The notes under the pieces: generated by a model | What the model was told of the DNA's origin: nothing | Database searches by the model: none | Seen by the model: the letters and a program-made list of their open reading frames with translations, nothing else | Translations under genes and position numbers: made by a program | NCBI GenBank assembly: GCA_964016885.1 | Contig: OZ024741.1 | Span: forward strand, 17,856,001-17,920,000 | Source of the DNA: Eledone cirrhosa | Taxonomy: Eukaryota | DNA length: 64,000 bases | Direction: 5' to 3' | Shown: positions 46,125 to 59,666 of the stretch, one piece after another | How the letters are laid out: each line of letters begins with the position of its first letter | How positions within the stretch are numbered: the stretch's first letter is position 1

Positions 46125-49100
46125 GAAATTGATTGGAGGACGTTGGATGGTCTATACTAGAAATTGATTGGAGGACGTTGGATGGTCTGTACTTGAAATT
46201 GATTGGAGGACGTTGGATGGTCTATACTAGAAATTGATTGGAGGCCGTTGGATGGTCTGTACTAGAAATTGATTGGAGGACGTCGGATGGTCTGTACTTG
46301 AAATTGATTGGAGGACGTTGGATGGTCTATACTAGAAATTGATTGGAGGACGTCGGATGGTCTGTACTTGAAATTGATTGGAGGACGTTGGATGGTCTAT
46401 ACTAGAAATTGATTGGAGGACGTTGGATGGTCTGTACTTGAAATTGATGGGAGGACGTTGGATGGTCTATACTAGAAATTGATTGGAGGACGTTGGATGG
46501 TCTATACTAGAAATTGATTGGAGGACGTCGGATGGTCTGTACTTGAAATTGATTGGAGGACGTTGGATGGTCTATACTAGAAATTGATTGGAGGACCTTG
46601 GATGGTCTGTACTAGAATTTGATTGGAGGACGTCGGATGGTCTATACTAGAAATTGATTGGAGGACGTCGGATGGTCTATACTAGAAATTGATTGGAGGA
46701 CGTTGGATGGTCTGTACTAGAAATTGATTGGAGGACGTTGGATGGTCTGTACTAGAAATTGATTGGAGGACGTTGGATGGTCTGTACTTGAAATTGATTG
46801 GATGACGTCGGATGGTCTGTACTTGAAATTGATTGGATAACGTCGGGTGGTCTGTACTTGAAATTGATTGGAGGACGTTGGATGGTCTATACTAGAAATT
46901 GATTGGAGGACGTCGGATGGTCTGTACTTGAAATTGATTGGAGGACGTTGGATGGTCTATACTAGAAATTGATTGGAGGACGTTGGATGGTCTATACTAG
47001 AAATTGATTGGAGGACGTTGGATGGTCTGTACTTGAAATTGATGGGAGGACGTTGGATGGTCTATACTAGAAATTGATTGGAGGACGTTGGATGGTCTGT
47101 ACTTGAAATTGATGGGAGGACGTTGGATGGTCTATACTAGAAATTGATTGGAGGACGTTGGATGGTCTATACTAGAAATTGATTGGAGGACGTCGGATGG
47201 TCTGTACTTGAAATTGATTGGAGGACGTTGGATGGTCTATACTAGAAATTGATTGGAGGACCTTGGATGGTCTGTACTAGAATTTGATTGGAGGACGTCG
47301 GATGGTCTATACTAGAAATTGATTGGAGGACGTCGGATGGTCTATACTAGAAATTGATGGGAGGACGTTGGATGGTCTGTACTAGAAATTGATTGGAGGA
47401 CGTTGGATGGTCTATACTAGAAATTGATTGGAGGACGTTGGATGGTCTGTACTTGAAATTGATGGGAGGACGTGGGATGGTCTATACTAGAAATTGATTG
47501 GAGGACCTTGGATGGTCTGTACTAGAATTTGATTGGAGGACGTTGGATGGTCTGTACTAGAAATTGATTGGAGGACGTTGGATGGTCTGTACTAGAAATT
47601 GATTGGAGGACGTTGGATGGTCTGTACTAGAAATTGATTGGAGGACGTTGGATGGTCTGTACTTGAAATTGATTGGATGACGTCGGATGGTCTGTACTTG
47701 AAATTGATTGGATAACGTCGGGTGGTCTGTACTTGAAATTGATTGGAGGACGTTGGATGGTCTATACTAGAAATTGATTGGAGGACGTTGGATGGTCTAT
47801 ACTAGAAATTGATTGGAGGACGTTGGATGGTCTATACTAGAAATTGATTGGAGGACGTTGGATGGTCTGTACTAGAAATTGATTGGAGGACGTTGGATGG
47901 TCTGTACTAGAAATTGATTGGAGGACGTTGGATGGTCTATACTAGAAATTGATTGGAGGACGTTGGATGGTCTATACTAGAAATTGATTGGAGGACGTTG
48001 GATGGTCTATACTAGAAATTGATTGGAGGACGTTGGATGGTCTGTACTAGAAATTGATTGGAGGACGTTGGATGGTCTATACTAGAAATTGATTGGAGGA
48101 CGTTGGATGGTCTATACTAGAAATTGATTGGAGGACGTTGGATGGTCTATACTAGAAATTGATTGGAGGACGTTGGATGGTCTGTACTAGAAATTGATTG
48201 GAGGACGTTGGATGGTCTATACTAGAAATTGATTGGAGGACGTTGGATGGTCTATACTAGAAATTGATTGGAGGACGTTGGATGGTCTGTACTAGAAATT
48301 GATTGGAGGACGTTGGATGGTCTATACTAGAAATTGATTGGAGGACGTTGGATGGTCTATACTAGAAATTGATTGGAGGACGTTGGATGGTCTATACTAG
48401 AAATTGATTGGAGGACGTTGGATGGTCTGTACTAGAAATTGATTGGAGGACGTTGGATGGTCTGTACTAGAAATTGATTGGAGGACGTTGGATGGTCTAT
48501 ACTAGAAATTGATTGGAGGACGTTGGATGGTCTATACTAGAAATTGATTGGAGGACGTTGGATGGTCTATACTAGAAATTGATTGGAGGACGTCGGATGG
48601 TCTATACTAGAAATTGATTGGAGGACGTTGGATGGTCTATACTAGAAATTGATTGGAGGACGTTGGATGGTCTATACTAGAAATTGATTGGAGGACGTTG
48701 GATGGTCTATACTAGAAATTGATTGGAGGACGTTGGATGGTCTGTACTAGAAATTGATTGGAGGACGTTGGATGGTCTATACTAGAAATTGATTGGAGGA
48801 CGTTGGATGGTCTATACTAGAAATTGATGGGAGGACGTCAGATGGTCTGTACTAGAAATTGATTGGAGGACGTTGGATGGTCTATACTAGAAATTGATTG
48901 GAGGACATTGGATGGTCTATACTAGAAATTGATTGGAGGACGTTGGATGGTCTGTACTAGAAATTGATTGGAGGACGTTGGATGGTCTATACTAGAAATT
49001 GATTGGAGGACGTTGGATGGTCTATACTAGAAATTGATTGGAGGACGTTGGATGGTCTATACTAGAAATTGATTGGAGGACGTTGGATGGTCTGTACTAG

Positions 49101-50117
49101 AAATTGATTGGAGGACGTTGGATGGTCTATACTAGAAATTGATTGGAGGACGTTGGATGGTCTATACTAGAAATTGATTGGAGGACGTCGGATGGTCTGT
49201 ACTTGAAATTGATTGGAGGACGTTGGATGGTCTATACTAGAAATTGATTGGAGGACGTTGGTTGGTCTGTACTAGAAATTGATCGGAGGACGTTGGATGG
49301 TCTGTACTAGAAATTGATTGGAGGACGTTGGATTGTCTATACTAGAAATTGATGGGAGGACGTTGGATGGTCTATACTAGAAATTGATGGGAGGACGTCA
49401 GATGGTCTGTACTAGAAATTGATTGGAGGACGTCGGATGGTCTGTACTTGAAATTGATGGGAGGACGCCAGATGGTCTGTACTTGAAATTGATTGGAGGA
49501 CGTTGGATGGTCTGTACTTGAAATTGATTGGAGGACGTTGGATGGTCTATACTAGAAATTGATTGGTTGACGTCAGTTCGTCTGTACCTGAAATTGATTG
49601 GAGGACGTTGTATGGTCTGTACTTGAAATTGAGGGGAGGTCGTCGGATGTTCTCTACTTGAAATTGATTGGAGGACGTCGGATGGTCTGTACCTGAAATT
49701 GATGCGGGACGTTGGATGATCTGTACTTGAAATTGATTGGAGGACGTTGGATGGTCTGTACTTGAAATTGATTGGAGGACGTTGGATGGTCTATACTAGA
49801 AATTGATTGGTTGACGTCAGTTCGTCTGTACCTGAAATTGATTGGAGGACGTTGTATGGTCTGTACTTGAAATTGAGGGGAGGTCGTCGGATGTTCTCTA
49901 CTTGAAATTGATTGGAGGACGTCGGATGGTCTGTACCTGAAATTGATGCGTGACGTTGGATGATCTGTACTTGAAATTGATTGGAGGACGTCGGATGGTT
50001 TGTATCTGAATTGATGAGAGGACGTTGGATGGTCTGTACTTGAAATTGATTGGAGGACGTTGGATGCTCTGTACTTGAAATTGATTGGAGAACGTTGGAT
50101 GGTCTCTGCTTGAAATT
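46125..50117. repeat. 35-bp tandem repeat (GAAATTGATTGGAGGACGTTGGATGGTCT[A/G]TACT[A/T]), ~114 copies
   Basis: Exact 35-nt period; internal block duplications (875 bp, ~245 bp); degenerates at the right end. Confidence 0.98.
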
Positions 50118-50292
50118 CAAAATTCTAATCTTGTTACACATTGTGTCACACAGTCTCTCCCTCAGCATTACATTGAGGGTACACGTGACTATGAAAAGCT
50201 CAACCATAAACACGTTGATTTCACGAGCAAGATGTTCCAGTTGTTCATACAACTGGAAAACGCATCTTCGCAACCGACGGAGGTCCAACACG
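50118..50292 (+). mobile_element. probable SINE body/tail resuming after the 35-bp array
   Basis: CTTGTTACACATTGTGTCACAC...GAGGGTACACGTG...TTTCACGAGCAAG...CAACCGACGGAG recognised from memory as an octopus SINE 3' region. Confidence 0.5.
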
Positions 50293-50734
50293 CACACGTA
50301 AGTCTATAACTCTTTCGGTTGAAGTAACCAGACTATATGGAATTAGTGAAGTCACATATGGCATATTACAAGTCAACGGTGGTCTGCTGGTGGTCCCGTG
50401 GTGGCTAGGACAATACCAATGGTACCATATGCTTAGATTCCGTTATATTTTGATTGTTCACCAAAGTTCCTGTTTATATTCCTTTATTAAGTTGATTGTA
50501 GCTTGTGTAAGATAAACCCTCACCATATTCTTAAAACATATTCTCAGAATCTTAAACTTAATATACATGTAGTAGTGTGTGTTTCATCATCATCACCGTT
50601 TAACGTCCAATTTTCCACGGTGGCATGCGCTATATATAGATGAGTATAATTATAAATATATAAATATATATATATGTGTGTGTACATACACACATACATA
50701 TACACATATATATACAAATATATAAATAGATATA

Positions 50735-50781
<47 letters not shown>

Positions 50782-50787
50782 CTTTTT

Positions 50788-51410
50788 CTAAGGCGGGTAA
50801 AATTCCCGAGATCCATGGACGAGTTCTCTCCAGCGGTCTCTGTCCCTCATTATCGCTGCCATATCCTGCATCTCCAACAGACCAGTGTCTGTCCTTAGGG
50901 CATCAACATACGTTAACCTTGGTCTTCCTCTTCTAGTGTGTCCATGTAGGGGCTCCCAAAGGAGCACTGAGTGCAATGTCAACTCTGGATGTCGGTGAGC
51001 ATGTCCAGCTAACCTCAATCTCCTCTATGTCACTTTTGAGCTGACTTTTGGGATGCTCCCATACAGCTCTGAGTTTTTCATCCTCAGTGTATACTGATTA
51101 ATGTTCAGAGCCATCCTCAGCATTCTCGTGTAGCACCCATCCACCATCTGAGTGAGTTTCTTGGTCAGTGTCCAAGTCTCGGACCCATACAGCAGCACAG
51201 ACTCCACTACAGCAATGAAGAGGCGGATTTTCAGGTCTCTACGAAGGTCCGACTTCCACACCGATCTCAAGCTGTGGCACGCCGTCCAGGCCCTGCTCTT
51301 CCTCTCAACCACATCATCTTCCGTATTCCCAATCTTTGCTCCCAAATAAAGGAAGCCCTCAACCAATTCTAGCGGCTTCCCGCCTACATTAGTGATCCCC
51401 TCTGGCTTCT
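50788..51410 (-). mobile_element. 3' fragment of a second RTE-clade LINE family
   Basis: [59 protein letters not shown]; one in-frame stop; flanked by (TA)n. Confidence 0.88.
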
Positions 51411-51421
51411 CATATATATAT

Positions 51422-51476
51422 TCTTTTACACTTTTACCTGTTCCAGCTATCGGGCTGAGGCCATGCTGGGGCACCG

Positions 51477-51480
<4 letters not shown>
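51422..51480 (-). mobile_element. SINE 3' tail fragment
   Basis: Minus strand GGCGGTGCCCCAGCATGGCC..CAG...AACAGGTAAAAG, recognised from memory as a common octopus SINE end. Confidence 0.5.
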
Positions 51481-51575
<95 letters not shown>

Positions 51576-51730
51576 TGTGTACATGTATATATATATATAT
51601 ATATACATACACACACTCACACACACATACAAACATATATATGTATATATATATATATATAAATGAAAGTTAGAGTTAATAACTCATACTGAAACCCTGT
51701 AATTAACAAGCTGAACATTATATATATATA

Positions 51731-51860
<130 letters not shown>

Positions 51861-51998
51861 GCTTATGTATGCTTATATATATCTACATAAAATCTGACTA
51901 TGCTGGGAATATTATGTAAAAGTCGGTGCTATTTTAAACAGGTCCAGCGTAATGCATATTTAAGTATGCACGTGCACACACACCCACACCCACACACA

Positions 51999-52062
<64 letters not shown>

Positions 52063-52500
52063 GGGTTTTCAACGGCAGTGAATAATAAGCTTATTTAAAA
52101 TAGATATTTCGCCCAGTTATATATATATCTATCATATTATGTATATATATATTTATAGTATATTTATCTTTATACCTATACATTCATGCATATATTCTTA
52201 TATACATCCATACATTATATTTTGTAGTTACCAAAAATATATGTATAAACAGTATATATATTTCAAACGATATCTGACACAAAATATATACACTCTGTAT
52301 GGTAGACATAACACTAACATTGCGTAAAACTAACATGCGTGTACATATGTATGTGTGTTTATATGTGTGTACGCGTTAGTGTATAGATACACAGACACGC
52401 ACATATATATGTACGTATATATATGTATATATATATATATATACGTATATATATATGTATATATACATATATATACATATATATATATATACATATATAC

Positions 52501-52587
<87 letters not shown>

Positions 52588-53324
52588 CATGTATGTATGA
52601 CTGTGCAGTGTATTGGGGTTTATATATATGTCTGTGAATGCTTTACCAAAATTCTATTCAGATATCCACACTGACGAAACGTTATATTACTGCAGCGGTA
52701 TGATAATGTAAATATAATTACCATTGGCTGTTGTTTGTTGTTGTTGTTGTTGTGGTTGGTGTTGTTGTTGTGGTTGCTATTGTGTAACCCCGGCTCAACT
52801 CTCAGCCAGTAAACCCATAAATCAAAATGTATCAGGGAGAAATAGGGTTCATTTCCTAATAGCGACTGGTGACATCTCTTTCCATCTTTAGGGGTCAGCA
52901 CCCTATTTTATAGGCTATTTTATAGCATTTCCTCAAAATATATGATTGTGCGGCCCTTAAGTACCTTTAGGGGAACCCAGTACGTTTCATCAGTTGTATA
53001 ACTGTATAGCTATATAGCTGTAAAGCTGTATAGTTGTTTAGTTGTATAGATAGATAGATATGTTTCTTTTATTTGCCACCAGGGCATCAAAAGTGAGACA
53101 AGTACAAAGGGGGGAGTTTACACAAAAAGGCGTCCTCAATAAGGAGGAGGCAATAACAAAATATAAAAATAAAATAAAATATAACAAAAAATAAAATTTA
53201 TAACAAAATCCTCAATAGAGAGGAGGCGCCTTGGGGGGTCGCACAGCCCCCCGAAAAAAGTGTGCAACCCTTTTCCTCAGGAGCACAGAGAGGGGGTGCT
53301 CCCTCGTTCCTTCCTCTTTTCCAC

Positions 53325-56300
53325 CTACAGGCTTATGTAAAGTGAAGGCCCATTCACACGGGCCATTCTCGCCACTTTCACCCACCTTTCATGAAAACGA
53401 CTGGGGTGGAGCACCTCTCTCTCCATCCTGATCCTTCTTCCGAAATGATATCGGAAGAAACGGACCAGTTGTTGGCCAGAGAGAAAGGTGCCTGACCTCA
53501 GTCCTTTCAGACGCGTCCACCATACAAACTCTTTCGCCATGGCTATTACGCACAGAAACACCGCCTCTGCTTCATCTTTGAAGGGGGGAGGCGGCTTGAT
53601 CATTACAATAGACTCGGTGGTCAACCGGATCGGTCCCACCCTTGACAGCAGTTGTTCGACATAGCCCCACAGATCGGCTACGCCCGAGCAGTGTACCAAT
53701 GCGTGTGCAACGGTTTCCTCGTGGCACACGCATCTGGGACAGATCTTTTTGGTGGGGTCCCTACCCGGGCGCCCGTGTCTGTAGAGCCTTTCTCGAACGG
53801 GTAAAGCCCCTCGGTAGCACTGCCAGGCCAGGGACTTCTGGAAGTTGTCCATAGGTCCCGGGCTGAATGTCCTACCGAACAGGCTGGCCAGTTCGTCCTC
53901 CTCCATGTCTAGGGCTTCTCCGAGGGCGTCGTCACACCTGCTGCGTACCAGCCCTCTATAGAATGTTGCGGTGGAGTCTCCACTGATAACCGGATACGCC
54001 TGCCAGAGAGCGGTGAGCGCCTGGGCACACTCAGTGTGCCAGGCGCCCAGTTTTCTCGGTCTTTGCTTGACCCAGGATTGCAGCTCGGTGAGTGAGACGA
54101 GTCTGGGAAAGGTTCGTCTCACAAACGAGGCCCACACCGGTTGACCGGTGAGGAATACGTAGAGGTGCCGTAGCCTTAATGCGTGTCTACGCATCATTAG
54201 CCACGGCATCCCCAGCCCTCCTTTCGAAGGGTGTTGACAGCAGATGGATCTCCTCACCATAGGAGCCCGCCTCTTCCAAAGGAATTGGAAGAGTGCGCGC
54301 TCCATCTTGGTGAGGGTTTCCCTTGGGCAGGGCACTACGGTCAGGCGGTAGTAGATGACGGACGCTATGTAGGTGTTCGCCACCTCCGCCCGACCTTTCA
54401 AGGATAGTTTGCAACTGGCCCACTTCTGGGTCAGTGCAAACACCCTGTTCGTAACCTCCGCCCAGATTTTCTCAACCTGGAGGTCTGGGCCGAACCAGAC
54501 GCCGAGCAACTTCACCGGGCCCTCCGTCCAGCGTCCGACGACGCCATCGGAGGGCATCGGTCTGCCCCTCCACGTGCCGAGTTGCAAACCGATCGACTTG
54601 TCCCGGTTCAGCTTAGCCCCTGTTAACTTTTCTTACTCCTCCAGTAAGGTGCCGACCGCCTCGATTTCGGAGGCCGTCGACACCATTACTGTCACGTCAT
54701 CGGCGTAGGCCGACACTGCTTTCCGCAATCCCGGTTCCAAAGGGATGCCCTGCATTAACTCCAACTTCCGCAGTAGTGGCTCGAGAGTCAACACATACAG
54801 AAGGGAGGAGAGAGGGCACCCTTGTCGGATGGACCGCGCGATTTTGAACGGCTCCGAGAGGTAGCCGTTCACCTTGACCCTAGAGCAGATGCGGCTGCTG
54901 TGCATAGCAGTGATCCAGCACCTGAAAACGGGTCCGAAGCCTGCCGCCGCTAGCACCGCATCCAGGTAACCATGGTCGACCCTATCGAACGCCTTAGATT
55001 GATCCAAGTTGATCAGAGCCCCACCAAAGCGGGGTTCCTTCCCAACCCTCTCTATGATGTATCGCATGAGGTGGAGGTTGTCATGGATGGACCTGGACGG
55101 GATAGCGCATGTCTGCGCATCTCCCACCAGGTTGCCCACGACAAACGCCAACCTCTTTGCTAGCACCTTGGCCAAAATCTGTAACTCTGTATTTAGCAGA
55201 GTTATGGGCCTGAAGTTACTTATTTCGTCCCACTTGTTCTCGTCCTTCCTCACTAGCGTGACTACGCCCTTGGTCACAGTACAGGGAATTCTCCCGTTCT
55301 GTTGCCAGTTGCAGTAGACCGCCTCGAGGAATCGGGGAACAAGTCCGGCATAGCTAGATATAATTCGTAAGGAAGACCATCGAGACCCGGGGATTTGCGT
55401 TTGCCGCATTGGCTCAGCACGTCCTCTATCTCAGCGGCCGAAATCGGCTCCTCGCAGGACTTCGCCTCCCTGTCCGAGAGGCGCGGCAGGCCGTCGAGGT
55501 ATGGACTGAAGTCCACGTTCCCAACCGGCTCCCGCCCCTCCCGAACAGTCGGGCAAAGTGCCTTTGAAAGGCCTCACACATCTGCTTAGGCTCAAGAATC
55601 GCCCGTCCATCCAGGTCTCGCAAAGACCGGATGGTGGATTTAGTTCCACTGTTGGCCTCTGTCACGCGGGCCCAGCTAACAGCTTTGGTCCCCTCGTTCC
55701 CTAGAGCACGTATTTTACTTCGGACAACGCAGCCTTCGTGCTTCGCGTCGAAATACTGGCTCAAAGCCGTTCTCGACGCTAGCACTCTGGCCACGTCGCC
55801 GCTTCTAATAGCCTCTTCTACTCTATCTATTAGCTCCCTTTCCTTCCTATTCCTATCCGCAGCTAGAACCTTACTAAATTCTATCGAGACTACTCTAATC
55901 TCTCTCTTTAGAGATACCCACCACCTGCTGTTGACGATCGCTCCAGTCAACCGTTCCTTAACTAACGTACTAATCCGATCCCTGTAGGCTCTACTTGCCG
56001 GCAAGGACAAGTTGAGCTTCCAGTAACCGGGGCCCTGTCTATGCGTTCTATCAAGGTTGACCATGCAGGTCACCAACTTGTGGTCTGAAAAGCCAACCAT
56101 GAGCATTTCTGGACCACTTAAAACGTCCATGTCCTTATTTCTAACTAAAAATCTATCTAGGTACGACCTAGATGATCCGCTACGACTTGACCAAGACCAG
56201 GTTGGCACCGTCGGAAAATCTAGTCGAAATCTATCGGCCAGGTCAAATCGGCCGAGTAACCCCTTGAGGCTGTTGCACCCCTCTCTATCGGGACATGCCC

Positions 56301-56734
56301 CTGCATAGTCCCAACGTGCATCCAGGATACCATTCCAATCCCCCACTAAAAGACTCCAGACGCTGGAAAAAGTCGGGCCGCTCAGTCCCAAAAGGGCCAT
56401 ATGCGGCTACCAGCCTAAAGGCTCTACCTTCACCACTGCCAAGGTCCAGCACCACCAGTCGACCCCCTGGGTCCAAGTGAACTATCTGTGTTGCAAGGCC
56501 CATATGTTTTTGCAGCAGAACGACAACCCCACCCCCACCTCCGGGCTGACAGAGAGATGCGTGCATCTCAAAGTCGTCAAAGGTGGGGGCTAGCTGCCGC
56601 ATGCTGCTGATCCGGGCCTCGCAGATAACCATCACATTTATAGATTGTGACCTGAGGTCATTTAGAAGCATTGCTTGCTTCCAAGACGAGCACAGGCCAC
56701 GCGCATTTAGACACCCTACTCTTAGCACAGCCAT
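53325..56734 (-). pseudogene. Tx1 ORF2 (AP endonuclease, RT, zinc motif), with frameshifts, a deletion and a stop
   Basis: CLNARGL, VGDWN, SYLDRFL, SDHK, GPGYWKLN, KSPGLDGLPYE, NFRPITLLN, LDQSKAFDRVDH, IRQGCPLS, AYADDVT, CPRC..EETVAHALVHC. Confidence 0.93.
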
Positions 56735-56758
56735 GTTGGTGGTAAGGAGAAAAGGCAC

Positions 56759-58707
56759 TTACCTCTCTGCGTCCCGGGAAACGGGCCGCTCAATTTCCAT
56801 GCTGGTTGGGGATGGGTTGTTGGGTGGGGTGGTGGTTCGTGGAAGTGAAGGGGCATCGGTGTGTTGTGGGGTTGGGGTGTTTGTGGTTGAGTGGGTGTCT
56901 GGGTGGGGTGGGGGGGTGAAATTTTTTAGGAGGACACGGTTGATTGGTTTGGCGCAGGGGAGGGGGGGGGCACGTCCTCCGTGAAATTTATTTTCAGTGT
57001 TTTGTACAAGTGCATTGGGACTTTTATCATTTTTAAATGAGGTAGTCCCACAGCAGTTTTAAAGTTAGGCCCTTCGGTTTGGACCGAAGGGTTTGCTGAA
57101 ATTGTTTTCCGTAATTCTTTGTTGTCTGTGTTCATGTATGTATATTGTAAGGTCTTTTTTTGTGTAGCAGTTAGTGTTGTTTGACAGGGAGGGGTGGTTT
57201 GTGTGTAGTTTGTGTTCTCTTGGGGGGGGGGGGGGTTAAAGTTAACATGTGTGTCTGTGGTGCGTCTCCTCTTCTTTCTTTTTACTTGTTGGAAGGGATC
57301 TTTTTCGTCTTGCGATGAAAGGGGTTCGTCTTCCTTGTTGGGTGGGAGGGGTATGTTTTCTGGTAGTGTTTGCGGTGTGTGTGTTTTTGTATTTGTTTTG
57401 GGTGGGACGGTATTCTGTGTTATTTTTTCACGTGTTTGTTGTTGTTGTTGTTGTTGTGGTGGTGGTGGTGGTGGGGTTGTTGGTTTTTGTTGTTGTTGTT
57501 GTTGTGGTTGTTTTTGTTGTTGTTGTTGGGGCGGTGTTGGTGTTGGTAGCAGTGTTTTTTTCTGTGTGAGCTGGGGACAGGCAGCCCTCAGGTGACCTCT
57601 ATTGCCACAGAGGTAACAGGAGGGACGCCTACCCTCCACAATAATGTTGAGGTGGGTACGGTCATCCAGCATGACGCGCTCAGGGATTTGGACGATGCGT
57701 TCTGGCCTTATTTGGGTCAGAACTTCGATGCTCGTTCCACTGAACGCGTCGCCGGATGCCTTCCCTATTGAAATGAGGTTGTCCTCGTCTAAATTGAGGA
57801 AGCCGGTTAGTAACCAGCAGTAGTTTATGTTTGGGGTGATGGTGGTTATCCATATCCTCTGGGTTTTTTTACCCATGTAGGTGGGGAAGAAGGTGTAGTG
57901 TGTGGACCGAATTGGCGACACAGAGTATTTTTTCGCCGCCAATTCGTCTTTCATCAATATGGATAAACTCCCATAGAGTTTATCCTTTTGTATAAAAGTG
58001 ATGTCTCTCATCGCGTCTTTCAAGACTAACTGAATTTCGGCTTGAGATGGTTGTGCTGGTTTTTTTGTTTTATTTAAAATTGTTCGGAATACGACAGTTC
58101 GTAATTCCGTCTGTTTTTTTAGTTCTGGAGGTGAATGTATAGAAAACGAACCGTTTTCGCCAAAAGATACATATTTCTTGGCTTTTTCCAGCATTTCTTT
58201 TGCTTTTGAAATATCTTCAAGCACATATGCGACTGATAATTTAGCCGTTTGTGCAAAAGATATTTTGTTTTCGCTTTGGATTTTAGTATTGTTTTGTTTC
58301 TCGTCGTTTGAGTTGTTTTCATCTTTGTTGTTGTTCTTGTCTTTCTCGTTTGGTGTGTGGATACTTGTGACGTTTGTGTTGTTGTTGTTTTTGTTGTCTT
58401 TATTGTTGCTGTTGTTGTCGTTGTTGTTGTTGTTGTTTTTGTTGTCTTTATTGTTGCTGTTGTTGTCGTTGTTGTTGTTGTTGTTTTTGTTGTCTTTATT
58501 GTTGCTGTTGTTGTCGTTGTTGTTGTTGTTGTTTTCAAATTCTTGTGTTGTTGTGGCTATATCTAGTGGTCGGTCAACAGGTGAAGACAATTCTTCCTCT
58601 CTCTGACCTCTGCCTTTGGCATCTGCTGCTGTGACAGTGGCAGGGGGAAGCTGTGAGTATGACTTCCCCTTTCCTTCTTTGATTGATGGTGAAGATGCTT
58701 CAGCCAT
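56759..58707 (-). pseudogene. Tx1 ORF1 (gag-like nucleic-acid-binding protein), one frameshift at a G-run near 56965
   Basis: CYLCGNRGHLRAAC zinc knuckle; Asn-rich 45-bp repeats; true end ...RDAER* inferred from copy 2 (stop at 63392). Confidence 0.85.
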
Positions 58708-58930
58708 TTTTCTCAAAATAGGGTTTTTCGAAGTTTTTCGAAAGATAAAATGTTCACAATACTATTTCGCCCAAAGGCGCAGAATATTTTGAGAGACCGA
58801 CCAGATCAAAATTTGACCTGGCAGTCCCTCTACAAAATGGTACAAAAATGAAAGTTTACAGTTTACAATTTCCGTATGAATTTAAACAAAACTTACCGAG
58901 CGAGCTCAGCACATGTGTCCATCGTAAAGA

Positions 58931-59666
58931 GAGAGATATATAGATATATAACTGTATAGCTGTATAGTTGTATAGTTGTATAGATATATAGATATATAGC
59001 TGTATAGCTGTATAGCTGTATAGTTGTATAGTTGTATAGATATATAGCTGTATAGATATATAGATATATAGCTGTATAGATATATAGATATATAGCTGTA
59101 TAGCTGTATAGATATTTAGTTGTATAGATATATAGCTGTATAGATATATAGATATATAGCTGTATAGCTGTATAGCTGTATAGTTGTGTGGTTGTTTAGC
59201 TGTATAGATATATATCTGTATGGTTGTATAGCTGTATAGATATATAGCTGTATAGATATATAGCTGTATAGCTGTATAGCTGTATAGCTGTATAGTTGTG
59301 TAGTTGTTTAGCTGTATAGATATATAGCTGTATGGTTGTATAACTGTATAGATATATAGCTGTATAGATATATAGCTGTATAGATATATAGCTGTATAAC
59401 TGTATAGTTGTATAGTTGTATAGATATATAGATATATAGCTGTATAGCTGTAAAGCTGTATAGTTGTATAGTTGTATAGATATATAGCTGTATAGATATA
59501 TAGATATATAGCTGTATAGATATATAGATATATAGCTGTATAGCTGTATAGCTGTATAGCTGTATAGTTGTGTAGTTGTTTAGCTGTATAGATATATAGC
59601 TGTATGGTTGTATAGCTGTATAGATATATAGCTGTATAGATATATAGCTGTATAAATATATAGATA
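58931..59666. repeat. 8-bp-unit microsatellite TATAG(CTG/ATA/TTG) between the two Tx1 copies
   Basis: Direct reading; the same repeat flanks copy 1 at 52994-53060. Confidence 0.92.

Larger units (their letters stand above)
53061..58930 (-). mobile_element. full-length L1/Tx1-type LINE, copy 1 (disrupted)
   Basis: 5' UTR, ORF1 with CCHC knuckle, ORF2 with APE, RT and C-terminal Cys motif, 3' UTR ending AATAAAAGAAACA in GATA/TATAGCTG repeats. Confidence 0.95.

Noticed and set aside
56750-58900. GTAAGT donor-like sites in the Tx1 5' UTR (58891-58896) and over the ORF1 stop codon
   Set aside because: No convincing paired acceptor, and a spliced intron would be lost on retrotransposition.
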